Shown in pieces: positions 28,302-38,510 of a DNA stretch of 64,000 bases; positions within the stretch are counted from its first letter, which is position 1; each line of letters opens with the position of its first letter. The stretch is from an uncultured Candidatus Actinomarinales bacterium (GTDB lineage Bacteria; Actinomycetota; Acidimicrobiia; Actinomarinales; Actinomarinaceae). The translations under genes were made by a program, and so were the position numbers. The stretch spans positions 651,827-715,826 of the forward strand of contig CALSSQ010000001.1 in NCBI GenBank assembly GCA_943789065.1. The letters run 5' to 3'. Below the pieces are notes generated by a model that worked only from the letters and a program-made list of their open reading frames with translations, did no database searches and was not told the DNA's origin.

Positions 28302-30143
28302 ATGAACAGAAGAATAAGTAAAAGTTTTAAAACAATTTTTAAAAGTTTATATCCAAACTTTAATGAAAGTGAGATAGAAAACTCAGAAGAGTATTTTTTC
28401 TTTATATTAAGTAATTATCCTGATAAGTCTGAAATCATACAGTTAAAAGCTTTATTTTTTATATTTTCTTTCAAAGTAAGAACATTAATAATAAGAGATC
28501 AAAACATATCTAATTTAATAAATAAATTACAAAGTTCTAATGTAGAAACACTAAGAAAACTTGGCTTTAGCATTACTGCACTTTTTGGCTTGAGCACTGC
28601 TCGTTCACTCAGTGGAGAAGGTTCTGTATATAAATATCTAGATTATCCAGTTTATAAAAATTCAAAGATAAAAAAAAGAGAAAACTCTATTCCAAAAAAT
28701 CTTGAGGTTGCAGTAATTGGCAGTGGTGCAGGTGGAGGCATTGCAGCTAATTTATTGAATCAAAAATATGAAGTAGGTATATTTGATAAAGGTCATTTTC
28801 CAAATGGTGAAACAAATAACGAAACTTTTGGCTATCACAACTTCTATGAAACAAATGCAATTCAACAAACTCGAGGATACAAAGTTCAGCTTCTAGCTGG
28901 AATGGGTATTGGTGGAGGTACGAGTATTAACTGGACTACATCTCTTAGGACTCCTGACAATATCTTAAGTGAATGGGATGCTCTTACCCAACAGAATAAT
29001 CACTTTAATTCAGATTCATTTAATAAAAGCCTAGACTATATATGCCAAAACTTAAATGTTGATGAGACAAATAATAAAATTCCTCAAAAAGAAATCAAAT
29101 TGGCGCAGGGCCTAGACCTTAATAAAACCAGTTACAAAATAATTCCTAGGAATACTAAAAATAATGATTGTCTTGAGTCTGGTTTTAGTACATTTGGACA
29201 TTCTGATGACACTATAAATTCATCCTATAAATCTTGGTTTTCAAAAGATAAATTTAATGAAGAAAATATATACAGTAACACCCATGTAAAAAGCCTCTCT
29301 ATATTAAATGGCAAAGCAACTCATGTTAATGTTGAGCATAATGGCCAATCTTACTCAGTAGCAGTTGAAAAAGTAATACTAGCTTCAGGTTCTTTAAATA
29401 CACCAAAAATATTGCTGAATAGTGGTTATAAAAATAAACATCTCGGTCAGCATTTAAAGCTACACCCTGTTTCTGGAGTTGCTGGAAAGTTTTCTGAGTT
29501 ACAAAATCCATGGGCAGGGAGCATGCAGGGTATTTATTCAGATGATCATTTATTCAGGAAAGATAACTATGGATACCTCCTTGAGGGTCTACCAATGCAT
29601 CCAAGTCTTTTCTTTCCTTTCTTTCCAAACAATCAAGACGATTTTGGAGACTTTATCTCAAGTTATAATTATTGGTCAGGCTCAATTGTATTAACCTCTG
29701 ATACAAGTTCTGGTTCAATTATTAATAAAAACCCTCAACATTTATGGAAATACAACTTAAATGATTTTGATCATGGAAATTTATTACATGGAATAGAAAG
29801 CCTAGTTAAGGCAAACTTTTTAGCTGGTGCAGAAGAGATAATGGTTGCAACATCTCCAACTATGCATTGGAAAAGAGAATCAAATGAAGATATTGAAAGC
29901 TTTATAGGCAAAGTTAGAAAAGTTAGAAATGAGCCATTTCGAATACTCTTAGGTTCAGCTCATCAAATGGGAACCGCCAGAATACATCCAAATCCCTCTG
30001 AAGGTGTTGTTGACTTAAATGGAAAAGTGCATGGACTCGAAAATGTTTATATAACTGACTCCTCAACGTTCCCAAGATGTTCTGGAGTCAATCCTATGAT
30101 TACCATCCAAGCAATGAGTCATTTCTTAGCAAGTAAAATTTGA
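28302..30143 (+). CDS. GMC-family FAD-dependent oxidoreductase with about 130-aa N-terminal extension (long-chain alcohol oxidase-like)
   Basis: 613 aa. FAD GxGxxG (VAVIGSGAGGG). C-terminal GMC signature with catalytic His/Asn (HQMGTARIH...ITDSSTFP...GVNPMITIQA). Confidence 0.7.
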   Translation: MNRRISKSFKTIFKSLYPNFNESEIENSEEYFFFILSNYPDKSEIIQLKALFFIFSFKVRTLIIRDQNISNLINKLQSSNVETLRKLGFSITALFGLSTARSLSGEGSVYKYLDYPVYKNSKIKKRENSIPKNLEVAVIGSGAGGGIAANLLNQKYEVGIFDKGHFPNGETNNETFGYHNFYETNAIQQTRGYKVQLLAGMGIGGGTSINWTTSLRTPDNILSEWDALTQQNNHFNSDSFNKSLDYICQNLNVDETNNKIPQKEIKLAQGLDLNKTSYKIIPRNTKNNDCLESGFSTFGHSDDTINSSYKSWFSKDKFNEENIYSNTHVKSLSILNGKATHVNVEHNGQSYSVAVEKVILASGSLNTPKILLNSGYKNKHLGQHLKLHPVSGVAGKFSELQNPWAGSMQGIYSDDHLFRKDNYGYLLEGLPMHPSLFFPFFPNNQDDFGDFISSYNYWSGSIVLTSDTSSGSIINKNPQHLWKYNLNDFDHGNLLHGIESLVKANFLAGAEEIMVATSPTMHWKRESNEDIESFIGKVRKVRNEPFRILLGSAHQMGTARIHPNPSEGVVDLNGKVHGLENVYITDSSTFPRCSGVNPMITIQAMSHFLASKI

Positions 30144-30144
30144 G

Positions 30145-30648
30145 TTAAGGATAATTCTTTTCTGGTGCAAAATGTTTAAATGCATTTTCACCTAAATCAA
30201 TAAAAAGAGCTCTCGACTCTACATGAATCTTCTCTTTAGTTCTAATGACTGATTCTGTTGATATTTTTTTTCCGTCGATATCTTTCACCCATGCAAATAA
30301 TTCATATTCTTTCTCAACTGGGACTGGGGTAATAAAGTTTACTTCTAAATTTGCTGTTACACACATTCTATTGTGAAGGACTGTTGCGTATCCCATTAAA
30401 TCATCAAGTGCGGCCGATAAAATTCCACCATGTACTAAACCAGGTCCACCCGCAAAACGATCTTCAAAAATGTAGTTAGCATATACAAAATTATTTTTTA
30501 CGATAGGCTTCATTCTCATACTTTGTGGATTTTTACTCCCACTTACAAATGAGGAGTCAGGATAAATATCCTGAAGTAGCATGCCTTCTTCCCAAACTGT
30601 TTTACTGGGAAGAGGTAAAGATATTCCTGAGATGTATTTATATTCCAT
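30145..30648 (-). CDS. hotdog-fold thioesterase (PaaI-like)
   Basis: 167 aa. GGPGLVHGGILSAALDDLMGYA. Confidence 0.6.
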   Translation of the reverse strand: MEYKYISGISLPLPSKTVWEEGMLLQDIYPDSSFVSGSKNPQSMRMKPIVKNNFVYANYIFEDRFAGGPGLVHGGILSAALDDLMGYATVLHNRMCVTANLEVNFITPVPVEKEYELFAWVKDIDGKKISTESVIRTKEKIHVESRALFIDLGENAFKHFAPEKNYP

Positions 30649-30728
30649 AGAAATAACTTACTACGTTAGTAATTTTTTCTTTAGATTTCATTAATAACCT
30701 AGTTTTAAATTAAGTATTTAATTAAGGA

Positions 30729-31097
30729 CTAACCAGCTTCTTGGAGGTACTCCTCCTGCTGAGTAATATTTTCACTTATAAAACTAGAGCCAACTAGAGA
30801 ATTCTGAAGCAATGTGGTTCTCCTAACTTGAAAAGAAGTATACGCGTATAGGCCAAAAAGGAGATCGAGAAATAGATGAAAAACAAATAATGCGACTGAT
30901 AGGGTTTGTATTGAAACAAAAAATGTTGAGACTGCAAGAAGTCCTATTGTTAGAAACCCTTTACGTTGTTTACTAACCATGTAATCATACTCTGGTGATA
31001 GTGAAAAAATAGGTTTTTTGGAATCTTTCAGTTCAGGCACTAAAACTGCCATCGATAACGATAATAATAAACTAATCAAAACAAATGTTGAACTCAT
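30729..31097 (-). CDS. hypothetical small membrane protein
   Basis: 122 aa. Three predicted TM helices. No recognisable motif. Confidence 0.35.
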   Translation of the reverse strand: MSSTFVLISLLLSLSMAVLVPELKDSKKPIFSLSPEYDYMVSKQRKGFLTIGLLAVSTFFVSIQTLSVALFVFHLFLDLLFGLYAYTSFQVRRTTLLQNSLVGSSFISENITQQEEYLQEAG

Positions 31098-31155
31098 TGC
31101 CCTGCCTCAACTTTCTAATTTCATATTACAGAAAAAAATAATTATATTCTTCGCT

Positions 31156-31764
31156 TTAAAATTTATTTTCATTTCCTTTTAGTAGTCTTTCTATATTTGA
31201 ACGATGTTGAAAAATGATAATTAAAATTATTAGAAGAGTACCTATTTGAGCTGATGTGTTATTTGTATCTGTAATAACGAAATATCCTGAAATAATAACT
31301 GTAAATAAGCTTGCAAGTGCTGAAATTCGAAAAAATTTTGCGATCACTATAAAACTTGACAGTAGAATTAAAAAAATTATTATTTTAAAACTCTCGGTAT
31401 ATTTTGTTGATGGTACAAGTATCAGATATCCTAAATAAGAGCCTAAAAATGTTGCAACTCCTTTTCCACCCCTAAATTTGTGGTATATCGGAAAGCAGTG
31501 CCCTAGAACACTTGCCAATCCAAATATGAATGGATTTACAGATTCAACAAAAAAAATACCTAAGGCTATGCTAATAATTCCTTTTAACATGTCTCCAGCC
31601 AAAACACCTGCTGCATATTTTTTACCGAGAACTCTTAGTGCATTTGATGATCCAGGATTGCCGCTACCTTCACTTTTAATGTCTATGCCTTTATATTTAC
31701 TGATAATTATTGCAAAATTTACTGAACCTAAAAGGTAACTTATAGATAAAACTATATAAATCAT
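31156..31764 (-). CDS. plsY: glycerol-3-phosphate acyltransferase PlsY (acyl-phosphate dependent)
   Basis: 202 aa. GSGNPGSSNALR and HCFP motifs. Membrane protein. Confidence 0.85.
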   Translation of the reverse strand: MIYIVLSISYLLGSVNFAIIISKYKGIDIKSEGSGNPGSSNALRVLGKKYAAGVLAGDMLKGIISIALGIFFVESVNPFIFGLASVLGHCFPIYHKFRGGKGVATFLGSYLGYLILVPSTKYTESFKIIIFLILLSSFIVIAKFFRISALASLFTVIISGYFVITDTNNTSAQIGTLLIILIIIFQHRSNIERLLKGNENKF

Positions 31765-31850
31765 ATATTAATTGTACTTAATAATTTGAAGAGTGTTTTA
31801 AAGAAAGTAAACGATAAAATAAATAAAGAAAATGATATTTAAAAAAAATT

Positions 31851-32003
31851 ATGTTTCAAAATAACTGTAAATCTAAAGTTAGATATGAAACAGAGATCGA
31901 GGCGCGAAGAAATAGAGGTTGGCTCGAAACTGAAAATAAGCAAAAATATAGTGTTTATAGATGTTCAAGTTGCAGTGGCTGGCATTTAGCTAGTATTAAA
32001 TAA
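31851..32003 (+). CDS. small Cys-rich hypothetical protein (50 aa), zinc-ribbon-like
   Basis: MFQNNCKSKVRYETEIEARRNRGWLETENKQKYSVYRCSSCSGWHLASIK. C-x31-C-x2-C-x3-H. Ends 3 nt before the uppP start. Below the ORF-track size cutoff. Confidence 0.3.
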   Translation: MFQNNCKSKVRYETEIEARRNRGWLETENKQKYSVYRCSSCSGWHLASIK

Positions 32004-32006
32004 GAC

Positions 32007-32759
32007 ATGTACGAATATATTGCAGGACTATTACAAGGAATTACAGAATTTCTTCCTGTGTCTTCAAGTGGTCATCTTGTCATTCTTTCATCATTAAACG
32101 AATCACTAGACCTAGATACTTACGACATAGCTTTTTTACATGTTGGAACTCTTTTATCAATTTTTATCTACTACAGGGAAAGAATTCTTGATATATTTTC
32201 TGACAAAGAGAGTTTCAAAACTTCATTAAAAGTAATTTCTGTAGCTTTAATACCCGCAGTAGCCGTTGGGCTTTTCTCGCCGTTGCAGGATATTATTGAT
32301 TCGAATAAGAACATTCTTCAAATTACCGGTGCAGCTTATCTAATATTTTCAATTATTTTATTATTTTCAAACAAAATAAAAAATGATAGCGATATTAATT
32401 TTAATGAAATCTCATTGAGTCAGTCTTTTATTGTTGGCCTAGCTCAAGCATTTGCCCTTATCCCTGGCGTATCGAGATCGGGAATAACTTTATTAACTGG
32501 GATGTATCTAGGAATAAAAAAAACTGAAGCAATATACTTTTCGCTACTACTAGGAATTCCAACAATTTTTGGGGCCTGGCTTCTTACTTTTGCAGAGTCA
32601 TCTTTTAATCTTAATTCAGCGATGTTAGGGCCAACTATTGTTGCATTTATTTCTGGACTTTTTGCTATTAAGATTCTTGTAAATATTACTGTTAACGCAA
32701 AGCTGCAATATTTTGGATTGTATTGCCTTTTATTATCAGTATTTTGTTTTATTAATTAA
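32007..32759 (+). CDS. uppP: undecaprenyl-diphosphatase
   Basis: 250 aa. EFLPVSSSGHL and PGxSRSG motifs of BacA/UppP. Confidence 0.9.
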   Translation: MYEYIAGLLQGITEFLPVSSSGHLVILSSLNESLDLDTYDIAFLHVGTLLSIFIYYRERILDIFSDKESFKTSLKVISVALIPAVAVGLFSPLQDIIDSNKNILQITGAAYLIFSIILLFSNKIKNDSDINFNEISLSQSFIVGLAQAFALIPGVSRSGITLLTGMYLGIKKTEAIYFSLLLGIPTIFGAWLLTFAESSFNLNSAMLGPTIVAFISGLFAIKILVNITVNAKLQYFGLYCLLLSVFCFIN

Positions 32760-33786
32760 TTTTTAAATTAATAGGCTTTTTCTTAGGAGCAATATTATCA
32801 ATTTTGTCAGAAAATTCTAAAATATCTTTAAAAATTTTATGTGAAGTAATATCTTGTAATCTACCCATCTCACAGTAACTAGCGATTAATTTATCAAGTG
32901 GAATCTGCCCTACTAAAGGTACATCTAATTTTTCAGATAGAGTTGCTCCTCCCCCCTCACCGAATGGATGAATAATTGAATCCTCAATTTTCATATAAGA
33001 CATGTTTTCAATTACCCCAATAATGCTGGAGTTAACTTTTTTTGACATTATCCCAGCTCTCTCTGCGACCAGCGTTGCATTTGATTGTGGTGTTGTGACT
33101 ATAATCGTCTCAAAAAAAGTAAGCAGCTGTGAAAGTGAAATGGAGACATCACCAGTTCCTGGAGGCATGTCTATTAATAAAATATCAATATCTTCCCAAA
33201 TTACTTCAAAAAGAAATTGCTCTATTGCCTTATGTAACATTGGCCCTCGCCAAATTACAGCCTCATCTTGCTTTACGAAGTACTCCATAGACATAACATT
33301 TAAATCATTTATTTTTGAAGGAAATATTCTGTTACTAAATGGAATTGGTGGAAACTTTGCACCTAGGATTTTAGGTATTGAATACCCCCAGATGTCTGCG
33401 TCAACTATTCCTACCTTCTTACCTTTTTCTGCGTACGCTAGAGCAAGTAGTGAGGTAACTGTAGACTTTCCAACTCCACCTTTTCCCGATGAAATACCAA
33501 TAACACGTTTTCCATCATTAAAAGCATCTTTAACTTGATCTGGTGTTTTATCAGCTCCAATTTTTTTTAACACCTTGGTCATTTCCTCATCAGTAGGTTT
33601 TCTAAATTCAAGTTTGATCAAGTTATCAATAGATAGAGCTGATTCATTTAATGCGGAGCGAACCCATTCAATATCTGTAAAATCAAGAACCTCGTATGTC
33701 TTATCATCAATCTTTTCTAGACAATTAAGTTCCATTAAACTTTTGTTAAATCCGGGATAAACTATATCTTCAATACTCATACACAT
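32752..33786 (-). CDS. apbC: Mrp/ApbC-family Fe-S cluster carrier ATPase with N-terminal DUF59-like domain
   Basis: 344 aa. SGKGGVGKSTV deviant Walker A. CxxC near C-terminal half. Convergent 8-nt overlap with uppP. Confidence 0.85.
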   Translation of the reverse strand: MCMSIEDIVYPGFNKSLMELNCLEKIDDKTYEVLDFTDIEWVRSALNESALSIDNLIKLEFRKPTDEEMTKVLKKIGADKTPDQVKDAFNDGKRVIGISSGKGGVGKSTVTSLLALAYAEKGKKVGIVDADIWGYSIPKILGAKFPPIPFSNRIFPSKINDLNVMSMEYFVKQDEAVIWRGPMLHKAIEQFLFEVIWEDIDILLIDMPPGTGDVSISLSQLLTFFETIIVTTPQSNATLVAERAGIMSKKVNSSIIGVIENMSYMKIEDSIIHPFGEGGGATLSEKLDVPLVGQIPLDKLIASYCEMGRLQDITSHKIFKDILEFSDKIDNIAPKKKPINLKIN

Positions 33787-33818
33787 ATATTATGTTCATT
33801 AGTGATTAAATTAAACAT

Positions 33819-34310
33819 ATGTTGAAAAGAAATTTCATATTATCAATATTGGTTCTGATTATTTCAGTCACATTTTTGACTTACAATCCTCCTGCTGAGG
33901 TAGAAATTTCTGAGAATAAGAATGAATCTGTTGAGTTGTCCTCAATCAGAAATATTACTTCTGTTCACGAGAACTTAAGTGGTGAGAGTTTCATAATTGT
34001 TAACCTTTGGGCAAGTTGGTGCATACCTTGTATTGAAGAAGTGGACGAACTTAAAAAAATTTCAAATGACAGTAGATTTTATGTAATTGGTCTTTTAGTT
34101 GATGACTCTATGGAGAATGGTAAAGAATTTATTAAAGAATATGACATAGAGTATGAAAATCAACTTAATCAAGATGATGTGGAAGTTATTCTCACTGAAT
34201 TTAAGTGGAGTGGTATTCCAACCTCAGTAGTGCTAGATCTTGATTATGTGATAATAAAAACTTTTAATGGACCTATTACATACGCCATGATTAACGATAT
34301 TTCAAAGTAA
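33819..34310 (+). CDS. TlpA/ResA-like membrane-anchored thiol-disulfide oxidoreductase
   Basis: 163 aa. N-terminal TM. WASWCIPC thioredoxin-fold CxxC motif. Confidence 0.7.
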   Translation: MLKRNFILSILVLIISVTFLTYNPPAEVEISENKNESVELSSIRNITSVHENLSGESFIIVNLWASWCIPCIEEVDELKKISNDSRFYVIGLLVDDSMENGKEFIKEYDIEYENQLNQDDVEVILTEFKWSGIPTSVVLDLDYVIIKTFNGPITYAMINDISK

Positions 34311-34340
34311 GTGTTATTCAAGACAGGTTTATAATTAAAT

Positions 34341-34478
34341 ATGGATCAAATACTTTTTTGGAGAATTTTTTTACTAGGTGGCATACTTACTTTTCTTGGT
34401 GTTATGGGGATTTTTACTCTTAAGCTGCTTGCTGCATCAACAGGAAGAAAAAGAATACTTGATTTCTTTATAAGATAA
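34341..34478 (+). CDS. hypothetical 45-aa single-TM peptide
   Basis: MDQILFWRIFLLGGILTFLGVMGIFTLKLLAASTGRKRILDFFIR. Short ORF only. No homology evidence. Confidence 0.2.
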   Translation: MDQILFWRIFLLGGILTFLGVMGIFTLKLLAASTGRKRILDFFIR

Positions 34479-34484
34479 TCTTAT

Positions 34485-34561
34485 TGGTAGCGGGGGTAGG
34501 ATTTGAACCTACGACCTCTGGGTTATGAGCCCAGCGAGCTACCAGACTGCTCCACCCCGCG
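34485..34561 (-). tRNA. initiator tRNA-fMet (CAT) with encoded CCA
   Basis: CGCGGGGTGGAGCAGTCTGGTAGCTCGCTGGGCTCATAACCCAGAGGTCGTAGGTTCAAATCCTACCCCCGCTACCA. Three G-C pairs next to the anticodon loop. Unpaired C1:U72. Near-identical to E. coli tRNA-fMet. Confidence 0.9.
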
Positions 34562-34603
34562 CTGAATAATCAATAGTAATTAGAATAAGTTTAAACTCAA
34601 GTT

Positions 34604-37423
34604 TTATTTGTTTAATTCTTCAATTGCTAAGGCAACATACTCTTCTGCCAACTCTATAAGTTCTTGGTATCTACCTAAGTTACCTGAAATGAGTTCGTCT
34701 TGAGCTTGATTAAACGCAACGTTTGCTTTTTCGAGAAGCTGGATAGCGCCAAGTCCATCGTCATTGTCAGAAATGTTACCCTCACCAAAGCTTGAACCTT
34801 CGAAAATACCTTGAAGTGCCTCACCAAGAGACTCCTCCATTATTATTTTGTCTTGGAAAATAACAACAACAAACTTAAATTCAGGAAGTGGATTTTGTTC
34901 ACCTTGCAGGTAAATTGGTTGATAATACAACACAGATTGATTAATCGGGACTACAAAAAGGTTACCTCTAATAACACTTGATCCCTGCTGGTCAAGTAAG
35001 GTAAATATCTGAGAAATGTCTGGATCCTGGTTTATTCTAGTTGAAACCTGTGAGGGGCCATCAACAAATTCACCTTTTGGTAGCCTGTAGTCAATTAACT
35101 GACCATAATTTTCAGGATCAGCATCTGCAACTAAAAAGGATTGCATATTAGGTCTATTTTCAGGATTAAATGGCTGAAAGATTAAATAGCTGAGGTCATC
35201 TTCTTCTGGAAGTGTCATTAGTAGATAATAAGGAAGCATTGGTTTGTAGCCAAGTTCTGTAAATTCACCACGTAGCGTTGCCACTCTTGGGGTTGTAGAG
35301 GAATCTGTAGGAATTTCCCATGGGTCTTCATCAGCATAAAAAACTCGAGGATCTGTCATGTGATAATCTTTGTACATATCTGATTGAATTGTAAATAAAT
35401 CTTCTGGGTATCTTATGTGATCTAAAAGGCTAGATGACATTTCTGATTTATCAGTAAACAATGACGGAAAGATATTTGCATAAGATTGTATCAGTGGATC
35501 CGCTTCATCGAAAACATAAAATTTCATAGTTCCGTCGTAAGCATTAACAACTGCTTTTACAGAGTTTCTAATGTAGTTAAAGTTCATGGGTAATCCAGAT
35601 CTTTCATTAATTCTTCTAGTATCCGCCGGCTGGGCATATGGATATTTGTCACTCACTGTATACATATCAATAATCCAAAAGAGGTCACCCTCAATTAGTG
35701 CAAGGTACGGATCATTGTCAGTATATAAAAATGGTGCTGCCTTTTTTACTCTACTTGTAACATTTCTCTCCATAATAATTTTGGAGTCATCACTCAACTG
35801 ATTTGAAATCATTAGATTTAGCTCGCTATATCTAAGTGAGAAACCAAGTCTCTGAAAGAAAGAACCTATTCCAACTCCACCTTGACCAGAGTAATTTGTA
35901 TATGCAACAGATTGGCCTTCAGTTGACAAAGGATAATCAACCTCTTCCTGGAGTGAGTTAACTACGACATATTCTTGAGACTCTGCTGATTCACCAAAAT
36001 AAATTCTTGGCTGAGATACTTCAAGCTCAGGTGCTGTTGTGGTGGCTGGAACACCTTTTACATAGAAGTCTGGCTGCCCTTGGCTTGCAACATTGTTTGC
36101 TGGGCTGAAAACTACTCCATAGCCATGTGTGTATTGGAGTCTTTGGTTAACCCAACCTTGAGCAGGTAGGTTTGTTTGATCTAATTCTCTTGCTGAGACC
36201 ATTACTTGTGTTAATTTACCATCTATTGTGTAGCGATCAACATCTACCTCATCCAAGGCATAGTATGCTCTTATTTCTTGTAACTGGCTATATGTTTCGG
36301 CCAACACAGTTGGATCCCATAATCTTATGTTATTCACAGTTTGTGCATTTTGAGTAATGTCTTCATTAGATAACGAAGGACTTGCTTCAAATGGTCTTTC
36401 TTCAATAGCATCTAGGCCGTAAGCTAGCCTTGTATAGTCAATATGTTCCTCAACATAAGGAAGCTCTTTGTTTAACTCATCTGGAAGAACTCTAAACCTC
36501 TGAATAGCACTTGGAACTACCCCTCCGACAACTATAGAAACAGCGAGCCAAAGTCCTAATGCGGTTGCTGGAAGTAACCAGCCCCTTCTTCTTATGTTAA
36601 CTAATAACAGTCCTGCACCAAATAATGAAATTAAGACTAGTAACTGAAGTGCCGGGAGATGAGCAGTTACATCCGTGTAGCTTGCTCCAAAAACTTTACC
36701 CCTTGGTGAATAAAGTAGCTCCATGGCATCTAAGCGGTAAGCAACAGCTTTTAATATAGCAACAAATGCTAAAAGAACTGATAAATGTGCTTTCCCTCCA
36801 CTACTTACCTCAGGAAGTTTTTGTGGACGAAGTTGCATAGCTCCTGTGGCAATGAAATAAAGAACAACCACTATTGAAGTTAAAGTTATTAATTGAAAAC
36901 CCCATGAAACGAAAAGTCTGTAAAGAGGTAGACCAAAAATGTAATTTGATATGTCATTATTAAAAACTGGATCTGTGATATTAAAATTTTCCTGATTAAT
37001 GAATAATAAAACCTGCTCCCAAAGAGTTGAAGACCCCGCACCCAAAAATAGAGATAAAGCAAGTGCGCCTGTAAGTCTAAATCTAGCAAACCTCTCGCTT
37101 ACCCAACTCCTAAATCGAGCTAGAGGATCTTGCGTGTCGAAAGCTTCAAATATATCTATAACTGGGGTTGCACGTGTAGCCAATCTTAGGTTGATAAATA
37201 TAAAAGCGAAAGCAATTGTCGTTGTTGCTCCAACAAGCCCTAGTCGGGTTAACAGTATCTTTACCCATACTTCATTGAGGTTTACCGAATCAAACCAAAG
37301 ATAATTTGTAAAAAAAGTTGCAATCCCTCTTGCTACGGAAAATCCAATTATTCCTATAAAGACAAGAAAAGAAAGTCCCCGTCTCTCTGAACCTGCGTTG
37401 TTAACATTTCCTATGTTTACCAT
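34604..37423 (-). CDS. UPF0182-family large polytopic membrane protein
   Basis: 939 aa. N-terminal multi-TM region plus large extracytoplasmic domain. Actinobacterial UPF0182 architecture. Paired with a downstream PDZ/Lon-like gene, as for Rv3193c/Rv3194c. Confidence 0.8.
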   Translation of the reverse strand: MVNIGNVNNAGSERRGLSFLVFIGIIGFSVARGIATFFTNYLWFDSVNLNEVWVKILLTRLGLVGATTTIAFAFIFINLRLATRATPVIDIFEAFDTQDPLARFRSWVSERFARFRLTGALALSLFLGAGSSTLWEQVLLFINQENFNITDPVFNNDISNYIFGLPLYRLFVSWGFQLITLTSIVVVLYFIATGAMQLRPQKLPEVSSGGKAHLSVLLAFVAILKAVAYRLDAMELLYSPRGKVFGASYTDVTAHLPALQLLVLISLFGAGLLLVNIRRRGWLLPATALGLWLAVSIVVGGVVPSAIQRFRVLPDELNKELPYVEEHIDYTRLAYGLDAIEERPFEASPSLSNEDITQNAQTVNNIRLWDPTVLAETYSQLQEIRAYYALDEVDVDRYTIDGKLTQVMVSARELDQTNLPAQGWVNQRLQYTHGYGVVFSPANNVASQGQPDFYVKGVPATTTAPELEVSQPRIYFGESAESQEYVVVNSLQEEVDYPLSTEGQSVAYTNYSGQGGVGIGSFFQRLGFSLRYSELNLMISNQLSDDSKIIMERNVTSRVKKAAPFLYTDNDPYLALIEGDLFWIIDMYTVSDKYPYAQPADTRRINERSGLPMNFNYIRNSVKAVVNAYDGTMKFYVFDEADPLIQSYANIFPSLFTDKSEMSSSLLDHIRYPEDLFTIQSDMYKDYHMTDPRVFYADEDPWEIPTDSSTTPRVATLRGEFTELGYKPMLPYYLLMTLPEEDDLSYLIFQPFNPENRPNMQSFLVADADPENYGQLIDYRLPKGEFVDGPSQVSTRINQDPDISQIFTLLDQQGSSVIRGNLFVVPINQSVLYYQPIYLQGEQNPLPEFKFVVVIFQDKIIMEESLGEALQGIFEGSSFGEGNISDNDDGLGAIQLLEKANVAFNQAQDELISGNLGRYQELIELAEEYVALAIEELNK

Positions 37424-37451
37424 CTAAATATATTGTATTTATGTCCTGCGT

Positions 37452-38480
37452 TTAACGTGAACTATACTCAGAAATTACTTTTAATGCATTGTCAAAGGTT
37501 TCAACAGCCACAATTAAAGTTTCATTATCTTCGTAAGGTTTTGCATCTTGATAGTTAGCGGTAGGAACTAATATCAGGGTCGCTCCTGCTTTTTTGGCTG
37601 CTATTACTTTTTGTTTAACTCCACCGACTGGTCCAACTGAACCGTCGATCTCAATAGTTCCAGTACCGGCAATGACCGTGCTATTTGTTATATCAGCTTC
37701 CGTTAATTTATTATAAACATTTAGAGCCATCATTAAACCAGCAGAAGGGCCGCCAACACTTCCTGTATCAATATCTACATTTATCGGAAAGACAAACCTT
37801 TGATTTGGTGTCGATGCCAGGAAGCCGACCATTGGCTCATTCTTGTACTCAATATGTTCTATTAATTGTGTCTCAATTTGAACTTCTTTGTCATTTCGTT
37901 GAACACCAATATAAACGGTCTCTCCAATAGAAAAGGTTCTTAGTAAAGAAATAAATTGTGTTGATGAGTTAATACTGTAAGTTATTTTATCCTCTCCACT
38001 AATAGAGGTTATCAAATCATCTTTTAAGAGTTTATCTTTTACTGGAGAGTCATCTAGTATCCCAACTACTAAAACACCGTCTCCCTCAGACTGTACATCG
38101 TAACCAAGAGAATTCAAAGCTACAGCAATCGCAACATTTTCGGACGTTCGCATATTTTGAAGACTTATTTCACTAAGCTCACTGGGTGTAACACCCTTTG
38201 GTAATATCACTTCTTTTGGGTATAAATCAACAGAATCACTTAAATAAGCCCAAGAATATAAAAAATAATTAGCAACATCTCTACGAACAGTTAGTTGGTA
38301 AAGATTTCCATCAGATTCATATTGCTCAGCAGCTTCGATATTTATATCCCACTCATATGGAGGACCAGGTGACATATAGTAATATTCTGTATCTACAAAC
38401 AGGCCGAAATAAGATAGAGAAGAAGTTATTAATAAAATAACTAGGAGTCGCTTTTTCTCAAATGTAGATAATTTTTTCAC
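37452..38480 (-). CDS. PDZ domain plus Lon-protease C-terminal (S16) domain protein
   Basis: 342 aa. N-terminal TM. PDZ. SVGGPSAGLMMAL (catalytic Ser region) ... KQKVIAAKKAG (Lys). Confidence 0.75.
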   Translation of the reverse strand: MKKLSTFEKKRLLVILLITSSLSYFGLFVDTEYYYMSPGPPYEWDINIEAAEQYESDGNLYQLTVRRDVANYFLYSWAYLSDSVDLYPKEVILPKGVTPSELSEISLQNMRTSENVAIAVALNSLGYDVQSEGDGVLVVGILDDSPVKDKLLKDDLITSISGEDKITYSINSSTQFISLLRTFSIGETVYIGVQRNDKEVQIETQLIEHIEYKNEPMVGFLASTPNQRFVFPINVDIDTGSVGGPSAGLMMALNVYNKLTEADITNSTVIAGTGTIEIDGSVGPVGGVKQKVIAAKKAGATLILVPTANYQDAKPYEDNETLIVAVETFDNALKVISEYSSR

Positions 38481-38510
38481 AATAAAATTTTAGGTTATCT
38501 AAATAAATAA

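Noticed and set aside
33002-33538. 178-aa antisense ORF inside apbC, and similar antisense ORFs elsewhere (e.g. 5507..5842, 8530..8844, 25786..26064, 39673..40014)
   Set aside because: All lie opposite strongly supported genes and show biased Ser/Pro/Ala or Ile/Phe composition typical of antisense frames.
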